This document shows, piece after piece, positions 43,901 through 54,303 of a DNA stretch of 64,000 bases; positions within the stretch are counted from its first letter, which is position 1, and the number at the start of each line of letters is the position of its first letter. Location: NCBI GenBank assembly GCA_051313645.2, contig JBNRSN020000180.1:1302001-1366000 (forward strand). Reading direction: 5' to 3'. Below the pieces are notes generated by a model. That model saw only the letters and a list, made by a program, of their open reading frames with translations, was not told the DNA's origin and did not search any database. Origin of the DNA: Centroscyllium fabricii. Lineage: Eukaryota. The translations under genes were made by a program, and so were the position numbers.

Positions 43901-46900
43901 TAATACAGGAGATGGTCAGTGATATAAACCCAGGGCATGGGCTGAACCGGGTCATAATACAGGAGAAGGTCAGTGATATAAATCCAGGGAATGGGCTGAA
44001 CCGGGTCATAATACAGGGGATGGTCAGTGATATAAACCCAGGGAATGGGCTGAAGTGGGTCATAATACAGGAGATGGTCAGTGATATAAACCCCAGGGAA
44101 TGGGTGAACTGGGTCATAATACAGGAGATGGTCAGTGATATAAACCCCAGGGAATGGGCTGAACCGGGTCATAATACAGGAGATGGTCAGTGATATAAAC
44201 CCAGGGAATGGACTGAACTGGATCATAATACAGGAGATGGTCAGTGATATAAACCCCAGGGAATGGGCTGAACCGGGTCATAATACAGGAGATGGTCAGT
44301 GATATAAACCCCAGGGAATGGACTGAACCGGGTCATAATACAGGGCATGGTCAGTGATATAAACCCCAGGGAATGTGCTGAACTGGATCATAATACAGGA
44401 GATGGTCAGTGATATAAACCCCAGGGAATGGGCTGAACCGGGTCATAATACAGGAGATGGTCAGTGATATAAACCCAGGGAATGGGCTGAACCGGGTCAT
44501 AATACAGGAGATGGTCAGTGATATAAACCCAGGGAATGGGCTGAACCGGGTCATAATACAGGAGATGGTCAGTGATATAAACCCCAGGGAATGGACTGAA
44601 CCGGGTCATAATACAGGAGATGGTCAGTGATATAAACCCCAGGGAATGGACTGAACCGGATCATAATACAGGAGATGATCAGTGATATAAACCCCAGGGA
44701 ATGGACTGAACCGGGTCATAATACAGGAGATGGTCAGTAATAAACCCCAGGGAATGGGCTGAACCGGGTCATAATACAGGAGATGGTCAGTGATATAAAC
44801 CCCAGGGAATGGGCTGAACCGGATCATAATACAGGAGATGGTCAGTGATATAAAGCCCAGGGAATGGGCTGAACCGGATCATAATACAGGAGATGGTCAG
44901 TGATATAAACCCAGGGAATGGACTGAACCGGGTCATAATACAGGAGATGGTCAGTGATATAAACCCAGGGCATGGGCTGAACCGGGTCATAATACAGGAG
45001 ATGGTCAGTGATATAAATCCAGGGAATGGGCTGAACCGGGTCATAATACAGGGGATGGTCAGTGATATAAACCCAGGGAATGGGCTGAAGTGGGTCATAA
45101 TACAGGAGATGGTCAGTGATTTCAACCCCAGGGAATGGGTGAACTGGGTCATAATACAGGAGATGGTCAGTGATATAAACCCAGGGAATGGACTGAACTG
45201 GATCATAATACAGGAGATGGTCAGTGATATAAACCCCAGGGAATGGGCTGAACCGAGTCATAATACAGGAGATGGTCAGTGATATAAACCCCAGGGAATA
45301 GACTGAACCGGGTGATAATACAGGGGATGGTCAGTGATATAAACCCCAGGGAATGTGCTGAACTGGATCATAATACAGGAGATGGTCAGTGATATAAACC
45401 CCAGGGAATGGGCTGAACCGGGTCATAATACAGGAGATGGTCAGTGATATAAACCCAGGGAATGGGCTGAACTGGATCATAATACAGGGGATGGTCAGTG
45501 ATATAAACCCCAGGGAATGGGCTGAACCGGGTCATAATACAGGAGATGGTCAGTGATATAAACCCAGGGAATGGGCTGAACCGGATCATAATACAGGGGA
45601 TGGTCAGTGATATAAACCCAGGGAATGGACTGAACTGGGTCATAATACAGGAGATGGTCAGTGATATAAACCCAGGGAATGGACTGAACTGGGTCATAAT
45701 GCAGGAGATGGTCAGTGATATAAACCCAGGGAATGGGCTGAACTGGGTCATAATACAGGGGATGGTCAGTGATATAAACCCCAGGGAATGGGCTGAACCG
45801 GGTCATAATACAGGAGATGGTCAGTGATATAAACCCAGGGAATGGGCTGAACTGGGTCATAATACAGGGGATGGTCAGTGATATAAACCCCAGGGAATGG
45901 GCTGAACCGGGTCATAATACAGGAGATGGTCAGTGATATAAACCCCAGGGAATGGACTGAACTGGGTCATAATACAGGAGATGGTCAGTGACATAAACCC
46001 CAGGGAATGGGCTGAACCGGGTCATAATACAGGGGATGGTCAGTGATATAAACCCAGGGAATGGGCTGAACTGGGTCATAATACAGGGGATGGTCACTAA
46101 TATAAACCCAGGGAATGGGCTGAACCGGATCATAATACAGGAGATGGTCAGTGATATAAACCCAGGGAATGGGCTGAACCGGGTCATAATACAGGAGATG
46201 GTCGGGGATATAAACCCGGGAATGGGCTGAACCGGGTCATAATACAGGAGATGGTCAGTGATATAAATCCAGGGAATGGGCTGAACCGGGTCATAATACA
46301 GGAGATGGTCAGTGATATAAACCCAGGAAATGGGCTGAACCGGGTCATAATACAGGAGATGTTCAGTGATATGAACCCCAGGGAATGGGCTGAACTGGGT
46401 CATAATACAGGGGATGGTCAGTGATATAAACCCAGGGAATGGGCTGAACCGGGTCATAATACAGGAGATGGTCAGTGATATAAATCCAGGGAATGGGCTG
46501 AACCGGGTCATAATACAGGAGATGGTCAGTGATATAAACCCAGGGAATGGACTGAACCGGGTCATAATAGAGGGGATGGTCAGTGATATAAACCCCAGGG
46601 AATGGGCTGAACCGGATCATAATACAGGGGATGGTCAGTGATATAAACCCCAGGGAATGGGCTGAACTGGGTCATAATACAGGGGATGGTCAGTGATATA
46701 AACCCAGGGAATGGGCTGAACCGGGTCATAATACAGGGGATGGTCAGTGATATAAACCCCAGGGAATGGACTGAACTGGGTCATAATACAGGAGATGGTC
46801 AGGGAAACGAACCCCAGGGAATGGACTGAACCGGGTCATAATACAGGAGATGGTCAGGGAAACGAACCCCAGGGAATGGACTGAACTGAGTCATAATACA

Positions 46901-47594
46901 GGAGATGGTCAGTGATATAAACCCCAGGGAATGGGCTGAACTGGGTCATAATACAGGGGATGGTCAGGGATATAAACCCCAGGGAATGGGCTGCACCGGG
47001 TCATAATACAGGAGATGGTCCGTGATATAAACCCCAGGGAATGGGCTGAACTGGGTCATAATACAGGGGATGGTCAGTGATATAATCCCAGGGAATGGGC
47101 TGAACCGGGTCATAATACAGGAGATGGTCCGTGATATAAACCCCAGGGAATGGACTGAACCGGGTCATAATACAGGAGATGGTCAGGGATATAACCCCCA
47201 GGGAATGGGCTGAACTGGGTCATAATACAGGAGATGGTCAGTGATATAAACCCCAGGGAATGGGCTGAACTGGGTCATAATACAGGGGATGGTCAGTGAT
47301 ATAAACCCAGGGAATGGGCTGAACTGGGTCATAATACAGGAGATGGTCAGTGATATAAACCCCAGGGAATGGACTGAACCGGGTCATAATACAGGAGATG
47401 GTCAGGGATATAAACCCCAGGGAATGGGCTGAACTGGGTCATAATACAGGAGATGGTCAGTGATATAAACCCCAGGGAATGGACTGAACTGGGTCATAAT
47501 ACAGGGGATGGTCAGTGATATAAACCCCAGGGAATGGGCTGAACTGGGTCATAATACAGGAGATGGTCAGGGATATTACTGGTGCCCAACCTGA

Positions 47595-47792
47595 ATATCA
47601 AAACCTTTGATAATTTTAAAGACCTCTATCAGGTCACCCCTCGGCCTTCTCTTTTGAAGAGCCTGGTCATCCTTTCCTGATGGGTATAACCTCACATTTC
47701 TGGTACCATCCTTGCAAATCTTATTTGTCCCCTCTCCAGTGCCATAATATGGCAACCAGAATTGTACACAGTAAATCAGGTGTGGTCAAACC
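47595..47792 (-). mobile_element. Old, decayed CR1 LINE ORF2 fragment
   Basis: The reverse complement (GGTTTGACCACACCTGATTTACTGTGTACAATTCTGG...CACTGGAGAGGGGACAAATAAGATTTGCAAGGATGGTACCAG...AGGGGTGACCTGATAGAGGTCTTTAAAATT) aligns by eye to the CR1 at 49090-49300 (RPHL.YCVQFW, RGDLIE.YKI), with deletions. Confidence 0.75.
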
Positions 47793-48704
47793 ATCATGTC
47801 TTCCCTCTGTCTGTAAACGCTGATCCCCACACTGCCAAAACATGGATTGCACATAGATATTCCAGCCTTAAGCTCCCACTGAAACAAAAATTCTTCATCT
47901 TCATACTTTGCATCAGCACACAGACACGCTCACTTCTCGTGGCCATTAACGCACACATTCTGACCTCACACAGCTATTTACACAGTTGAAGTCAATCCAA
48001 CCTTATGATGCCATCGTGCTCTATACACTAGTAACTTCTTGTGGTCCACTGTAAATCCAGAGTGCTCGAATTAATCAACTACACGAGTGACAATGGATGT
48101 TTTCAAGCTTAAATATCCAATTTAACTTAAGTGTACTTAAGCAAGGCAGAGTAGGTCAATGGACACTGGATGAAAGGTCAGGTTTAGCAAAGATGTTGCA
48201 GGAATACAGATTCCCTTGGTTGTGGTAATTATTTTCATTCTGGTAAAAATGTCATTGATACTGGTGCAACAAACCGTCTGATTGCTGCGACGTTCTAAAG
48301 TTAATGAATAGCGACTTAAGCTCCCTGATATTACCTCACAATAAACACGTGGGGAGTTTTTTTTAATGAATTACTACTCTCTCCTCTGTAACATATTAAC
48401 CTGAGAGAGGCGAGGTAACCTTGGCCACATTGCTAATCCCACTTAATAACTTCCCAGCAATTGTGACTTTGGTGCAAATGCTCTACAGGTTAATGATCTA
48501 CAGAACAATCTTTTGAGTTTCTCCCACCCAGTATTTAAAAAAAAAAGCTTCTCTGTTTCCATGTTCAAAACATCTACAATTATTATCCTGTTTGTTTCCT
48601 CTCTAATATCTCACCATGTTGATCATAAACATCTTGGTGTCTCACCAACTTTGTTTAGCCATGTAGGTCTGACTATACTGATGGTTGCAAGGTCTTTGTC
48701 ACTC

Positions 48705-48796
48705 TGGGACAAAGCATCCCGCTTGATTTGCACCCCATCCACCACCTTCAACATTCACCCTCTCCAACACCGGTGCACCGTGCCTGCAGTGTGTAT
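48705..48796 (+). mobile_element. Fragment of an older CR1/L2-group LINE ORF2 C-terminal region
   Basis: Translates as WDKASRLICTPSTTFNIHPLQHRCTVPAVC, resembling the 'Q.KAARLI...SL.HRR.VA' C-terminal motif of CR1/L2-group elements. Assigned from recall, not a database search. Confidence 0.55.
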
Positions 48797-49660
48797 GATT
48801 TGGACAGGTTGGGTGATTGGGCAGAAGCATGGCAGATGCAGTATATTGTGGATAAATGCGAGGTTATCCACTTTGGTGGCAAACACAGGAAGGTAAATTA
48901 TTATCTGAACGGCAAGAGATTGGGAGAAGGGGAAGTGCAACGAGACCTGGGTGTTCTTGCGCACCAGTTGCTTAAGGTAAGCATGCAGGTGCAGCAGGCG
49001 GTTAAGAAGGCAAATGGTATGTTGGCCTTCGTAGCGAGAGGGTTTGAGTACAGGAACAAGGATGTCTTGCTGCAGTTGTACAGGGCCTTGGTGAGACCAC
49101 ACCTTGGATATTGTGTGCAGTTTTGGTCACTTTATCTAAGGAAGGCTGTTCTTGCCATTGAAGGAGTGCAGCGAAGATTCACCAGGCTGATACCTGGGAT
49201 GGCAGGAATGACGTATGAGGAGAGATTGGGTCGATTGGGCTCATACTCGCTGGAGTTTAGAAGAATGAGAGGGGATCTCATTGAAACGTATAAAATTCTA
49301 ACAGCACTAAACAGACTAGATGCAGGAAGGATGTTCCCGATGGCCGGGGAGTCCAGAACCAGGGGACACAGTCTAAGGATAAGGGGTAAGCCATTTAGGA
49401 CAGAGATGAGGAAGAATTTCTTCACCCAGACAGTGGTGAACCTGTGGAAATCTCTACCACAGAAGGCAGTGGAGGCCAATTCATTAAATATATTCAAGAA
49501 GGAGTTAGATATATTTCTTAAGGCTAAAGGGATCAAGGGATATGGGGAGAAGGCAGGAACAGGGTACTGAATGTGCATGACCAGCCTTGATCTCATTGAA
49601 TGGCAGAGCAGGCTCGAGGGGCCAAATGGCCTACTCCTGCTCCTATCTTTGTTTCTATAT
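48797..49660 (+). mobile_element. 5'-truncated CR1 LINE: RT C-terminal part of ORF2 (open to stop at 49570) plus 3'UTR
   Basis: ORF 48728..49570 has typical CR1 ORF2 C-terminal motifs (DLDRLGDWAEAWQMQY...KCEVIHFG, RDLGV, LVRPHLGYCVQFWS, RMRGDLIETYKIL, RTRGHSLRI, FFTQ.VVNLW.SLP). The 3'UTR has the GGCCAAATGGCC hairpin and ends TATCTTGTTTCTATAT. Confidence 0.95.
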
Positions 49661-50072
49661 AAACTCCAGGGAATGGACTGAACTGGGTCATAATACAGGA
49701 GATGGTCAGTGATATAAACCCCAGGGAATGGGCTGAACCAGGTCATAATACAGGAGATGGTCAGTGATATAAACCCCAGGGAATGGACTGAACCAGGTCA
49801 TAATACAGGAGATGGTCAGTGATTTAAACCCCAGGGAATGGGCTGAACCGGGTCATAATACAGGAGATGGTCAGTGATATAAACCCCAGGGAATGGACTG
49901 AACTGGGTCATAATACAGGAGATGGTCAGTGATATAAAACCCAGGGAATGGGCTTAACCGGGTCATATTACAGGGGATGGTCAGTGATGTAAAGCCCAGG
50001 GAATGGGCTGAACTGGGTCATAATACAGGAGATGGTCAGTGATATAAACCCGAGGAAATGGACTGAACTGGG
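49657..50072. repeat. Satellite A island (~7.5 diverged monomers)
   Basis: Same monomer as the main array, with more point variants. Confidence 0.97.
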
Positions 50073-51199
50073 TGATACATAGTTTCTTTTTGTTATATGC
50101 TTTGGCCAGTCGGTTATGTATCTGGCTGCATTATCTCTGAGTGGTTCGAATCGCTCACCCCTTAGTTTTGACCCCAGGGGTTATTGGCAGATAGCGATAC
50201 AGACAAACGAGCGGACCAGTGGTTTGGTACAAAGAAAACCAAAACTTTATTCACAGAGAAAATAAGGTAATGATGCTATACAAAAGGATGATATGAATGC
50301 AGTACTTACACTAAACAGGGGAGGAGAAATGTCACATTGAAGGACAATGGCTAAAATGACAATTTAGCAATCCCCTTAACTCCCACCCTCTACACCGAGC
50401 CAGATTACCTTGTGATGGGTTAGAAGTATAATGCTCACCGGTCTGAGATGTGGAAAGAAAGCCTTGCTCCTTTGCCCTGTTGCCTGCTGATGTCACGTGG
50501 TCCCGCTGTTGCACAGACATCACCGTCCAGGTAGAGATACCCCAGTAATTAAAATGTCTCAGACAGGGTATCCTACCTCTCTGGACGGGCTCTCCTTCGA
50601 TGGTCTTCCTTGGTTGATGGCGAGGCAGGGCGCAGGAGGCGAGGCGAGGCGAGAGAGAGAGAATGGCTTCTCGAGAGGCGATAGTTGTACCCCTCTTGGT
50701 AGCCCTGACGCCCAATCAGCTCATTGTTTTGTCTGATTTGAGCGGGCTGGAATTAAACAAAAGGTATCGATCGATCTTGGCCCATCGACTTGGGTGGCCG
50801 GTAATCGTTTCCTGCCGGTTCTGCAGCTGCTCTCCTTTGTCCAACAGGTTCTTTGATGGTGGCCAGCCTGGTCTCGATGGCCACGCTGATTATTTTGATT
50901 GTTTGAGCAAACACGTTGATGGACTTTATGCGTAGGCCTGATTGCAATTGGGTTTGTCCCCAATGCATATGCAAAAGTCCTGTCTGGTTTTGTGATCTCC
51001 TTGCTGCAGACTTTGAAATTCACAAACTGTTCGCTTGCCAGGGTCCGAATTGAAACTGACAGGCTTTCGGTCACGAGGTCTGACCGCAGCCATTTTGTTG
51101 AGCGCTGGATTTGAAAACTCAGTCTGACCAGGGTTTCTTTTAAAAAAACAAATAAATCTTCGGGCGGGGGGAGATGTATGAAACTTTTCGAATCTTTCA
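50073..51199 (-). mobile_element. 3' LTR (~1.13 kb) of the ERV-like element
   Basis: On the minus strand it starts TGAAAGATTCG immediately after a purine tract and ends ...GTATCA at the satellite junction (TG...CA). It contains AATAAA (50246-50251) and a CCAAT box (50712-50716). The left boundary could instead be 50091 (TGTTA). Confidence 0.7.
50246..50251 (-). terminator. Polyadenylation signal AATAAA in the LTR
   Basis: TTTATT on the + strand, followed on the minus strand by GT/T-rich sequence (GTTTTGGTTTTCTTTG). Confidence 0.6.
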
Positions 51200-51210
51200 G
51201 TCCCCCCTAA
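51200..51210 (-). other. Polypurine tract (plus-strand primer site)
   Basis: The minus strand reads TTAGGGGGGAC|TGAAAGA, a G-run directly before the LTR TG. Confidence 0.7.
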
Positions 51211-52021
51211 TGTTAACTCACTCACTCTGTGAGGAGGACCCACCCTCCTGGGGGTCTGGGTTCTTACTTTAGGAGACTAAACACGTCGGTCAGTCTGTCA
51301 CTTTCTCAGTAATACACAAAGTCAGAGACTGTAAAATAATTAACGTTTATTACCCAGTACCGGTACTTCACTCTGAGAGACCCCTTGTGTTTGCACACAA
51401 GCATAGCAACCCAGAAGTGCGCGCCGCTTGCTCTGTATCCGCAATTATTTATACAAACATAAATGCAAAGACCTTGCAAAAAGATTAAACGTACATGTTC
51501 AGCGAATAATTCTGAAAAACGAAAACAACCAATGAAAAAAAGAGACAATACAAATCCAATTAAATGTCAACATCTTGTGTTGACTCCTCCTAATCTTGCA
51601 GCTGCAGTTATTGTTATGAGAACGAGATCTCTAGACAGAATGTCTCTATATTTTAGCTCTTTGCTACCAAACTTTTAACCCATGTCAAACTATAATAAAG
51701 CAAAACTAGAATTAGCCAAAGTTTATCACTAGGATACTGAAATTTGCTTTAATGTGCAACCAAGGTGAGCAGAATTTCTGACTCCCCACAAATAACCTTC
51801 CCCTGTATTTACCTGTCCATAGTCCCTCAACCCACATTTCCCGTACTTAGAGAAAAACACGATGTACGACCGACATCTACAGATGGCAAATTCGATTTGT
51901 TACAAACAATCCAAGTGTGGAGAGGGTTCGACAGCCCTGCACCTCATGGCATATCACAAAACTTTATCAATCAATGCACAATCTTTCTTAAAATAACTGC
52001 GATAAACGAAGCAACAATCTT

Positions 52022-52334
52022 GGATCCCTTTGCCTCTCTCCGCTTCCCACCTCGCCAGGACGCACATCCACTTGGCCTGGAGCAGGTCCAGCCGGATCGA
52101 GAGTGGCTTGGAGAATGCTCCCGCCTGTTCCTTGCCTGTGAATCCCGATAGGATGTATGGAACTCCGCTGGACAGAGGTGAGGTGGTGGGGTTAGCTGCA
52201 TGGATCACAGTGCACGTTGCTCCTGTATCCAGCAGATAAGTCCCTTTAACCTTCTCTACCTCCATCTGCACCAGCGGCCTCTTCCATCGGTCATACCAGA
52301 GATCACACAGGTGGACAGGCTGCGCGGGCTCCAG
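52022..52334 (-). pseudogene. pro: Retroviral-type aspartic protease (start of pol), truncated after ...GKGI
   Basis: Reads LEPAQPVHLCDLWYDRWKRPLVQMEVEKVKGTYLLDTGATCTVIH...LSGFTG, with active-site DTGA at 52218-52229. It is in frame with gag across the TGA at 52337-52335. Confidence 0.85.
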
Positions 52335-53597
52335 TCATTGTAGGGCCTCAGATGGGGCTGAGAGAGCGACAACACTGCTGGTGGCAGCTATTCTCCCCTG
52401 GCTGGTCAGGAGGAGAGATCTTAGGGACTGTATCGAATCCAGGAGTGGCTCGATCGCAGCAGGAGGGATACCTGCCTCTGCCTTTTGGGCTGGGGCTGAT
52501 TAATTGTTCCCGTTATTCTCCTTCCAGGGATTTTTACAATCCTTGCGCCAGTGGCCGTCCTTCCCGCACCCGTCACAGTTCAGCTTATTCTGGGTTGGAC
52601 GGTTTCCCTCCTGGTGCCACTCTTTCGTATTCTGGCCCCCAGGTTTAACCGCATGGACTTTCCCCTTGGGTTGGGGCGTCTCGATACCCCTTATATTTTT
52701 TAATGGTATGGTGAGCTGGTGGATCACCGTTTCCTCGGTGGTCTGGGGGCTACGGGGGTCATACCCGGCTGCCGCCTGGGCTCGGATTTGGGGCCGGCAG
52801 TTTGCCATTAGACAGCGGAGCCAGTGGGCAAATTGGACTTGGTCCATCAACGTTGGTACCGGCGTTCTCGGGCCCGCACTCTGGTAGACTGGCCACAGCC
52901 TGTCTGCGAACGCCCGCGGCTCCTCCCCCCCCCCCTGGGAGCTGTACCGTTCTTTCTACACGGGCGAACGCGCTGCCGTCATTCATCCCCATGGACTCCA
53001 ATATCTCATCCCTTAAGTCATTGTATCCCGTCTGCCCCTCCTTACATTCATGTGATAGGGTCTGGAGGAGTCTCCCCTCCAGAGAAAACAGCAGCATCTT
53101 GGCTTGCTCTGCATCATTGCCTGCATTAACGCAAGCCGCCTGTTCTAACTCTCTAAAATGCAGTGAGGGGTCTCCCTTTTCGGACAGCTTGGGGATGTGA
53201 CTAACCATGGCCCTGAGTTGCTGGGTGCATGCGGTACCACAAACTGGTTGTGGACGGCCCCTTGTTTGTCGTCATCGGCGGGTGGGCCGTACCTCCACTG
53301 TCGGAGGGGCTACGCCAGTCCCGGCCTATCTAGCGGGGGCTGCTGTACCTCCCCAACCACTTCATCTTCCACCCCCCTCTGCTGACAGACCTCCTGAAAG
53401 CTCGGAGCTGTGGGTGGTGGCCATGAAACTTCGAGTTCCCTTGCTGACTCATCTCTTTGCGCTGCCCATTGGACCATTCTGCTTGGGTTGCTGGTAAAGT
53501 CTGACTGGCCTGCCTTTGGGCTGATAAGGCATATCATCCCCTTAGCCCTCGCTGAAGCCATACTCGAGGTTTCTATCTCTTCCCTACAGGGGCCATT
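52335..53597 (-). pseudogene. gag: gag pseudogene (capsid-like region plus CCHC zinc knuckle), N-terminus lost
   Basis: CDGCGKDGHWRKDC (CX2CX4HX4C) lies at 52536-52577. An MHR-like QLPG(E)..FADRL motif spans a C11 homopolymer frameshift (52925-52935). Other lesions: TAG at 53310-53312, a frameshift near 53215 and TAA at 52500-52502. Confidence 0.85.
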
Positions 53598-54168
53598 GAA
53601 GATAGGAGCTGGAGTAGGCCATTCGGCGCCTCGAGCCTGCTCTGCCATTCTATGAGATCATGACTGATCTTTCAGATTCAGTACCCTGTCCCTGCCTTCT
53701 CCCCATATCCCTTGATCCCTTCAGCCTGAAGAAATATATCCAACTCCTTCTTGAATATATTCAATGAACCGGCCTCCACTGCCCTCTGTGGCAGAGAATT
53801 CCACAGGTTCACCACTCTCTGGGTGAAGAAATTCCCCCTCATCTCAGTCCTAAATGGCTTTCCCCTTATCCTTAGAATATGGCCCTGGTTCTGGACTCCC
53901 CGACCATCGGGAACATCCTTCCTGCATCCAGTCTGTCCAGGCCTGACATAATTTTATACGTTTCAATGAGATCCCCTCTGATTCTTCTGAACTCCAGTGA
54001 GTATAAGCGCAATCGACTCAATCTCTCCCCATACGTCATTCCTGCCATCCCAGGTATTAGCCTGGTGAATCTTCGCTGCACTCTTTCAATGGCAAGAACG
54101 TCCTTCCTCAGATGAGGTGATCAAAACTGCACACAATACTCGAGGTGTGGTCTCACCAAGGTCCTGTA
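53598..54168 (-). mobile_element. 5'-truncated CR1 LINE copy, same family as 48797-49660, inverted orientation
   Basis: ORF 53872..54081 (QRRFTRLIPGMAGMTYGERLSRLRLYSLEFRRIRGDLIETYKI) closely matches the + strand copy. It has a frameshift near 53880 and the 3'UTR hairpin at ~53627-53640. Confidence 0.93.
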
Positions 54169-54303
54169 GAATGCACAATTGAAAGCATACTGACAAGCTG
54201 CATCACAGTCTGGTATGGAAACTGCACCATCTCGGACCGGAAGACCCTGCAGCGGGTAGTCAAAACTGCCCAACGAATCACCGGCACCCAGCTACCATCA
54301 ATT
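54169..54303 (+). mobile_element. Rex1/Babar LINE internal fragment
   Basis: Translates as CTIESILTSCITVWYGNCTISDRKTLQRVVKTAQRITGTQLPSI, the characteristic post-RT C-terminal motif of Rex1/Babar elements. Confidence 0.85.

Larger units (their letters stand above)
1..47576. repeat. Satellite/minisatellite A: 54/55-bp tandem array, consensus GGTCAGTGATATAAACCC(C)AGGGAATGGRCTGAACYGGGTCATAATACAGGRGAT, ~870 monomers, continues off the left edge
   Basis: Head-to-tail monomers are directly visible. Length is 54 or 55 bp depending on a C3/C4 run, with recurrent 53-bp variants (CAGTAATAAACCCC; CGGGGATATAAACCCGGG). Confidence 0.99.

Noticed and set aside
23-46641. Hundreds of ORFs encoding 18-aa repeats (MVSDINPGNGLNRVIIQE, ITDHLLYYDPVQPIPWVY, MTRFSPFPGFISLTISCI)
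   Set aside because: These arise because 54 is divisible by 3. The frames are broken every few units by 55-bp and 53-bp monomers and are open on both strands, with no sign of frame preservation.
1-47576. Satellite-encoded hammerhead ribozyme, as in newt or schistosome satellites
   Set aside because: CTGA is present, but the CUGAnGA and GAAA core with three stems is absent on both strands of both monomers.
47793-48700. Host exons in the unique block (e.g. a minus-strand AG...GT candidate at ~48002-48048; ORFs 47762..47989 and 48513..48896)
   Set aside because: Splice signals are weak and no protein similarity is recognisable. RNA-seq would be needed to exclude them fully.
51210-52021. env or pol remnant between the protease and the PPT
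   Set aside because: No YxDD, RNase H, HHCC/DDE, furin-site/CX6CC or clear transmembrane motif is visible. The short ORFs look random.
48755-54115. Antisense or overlapping ORFs (48755..49102, 49132..49746, 52030..53655 plus-strand set, 53751..54115)
   Set aside because: They are shadow frames of the CR1 and gag/pro sequences on the opposite strand.
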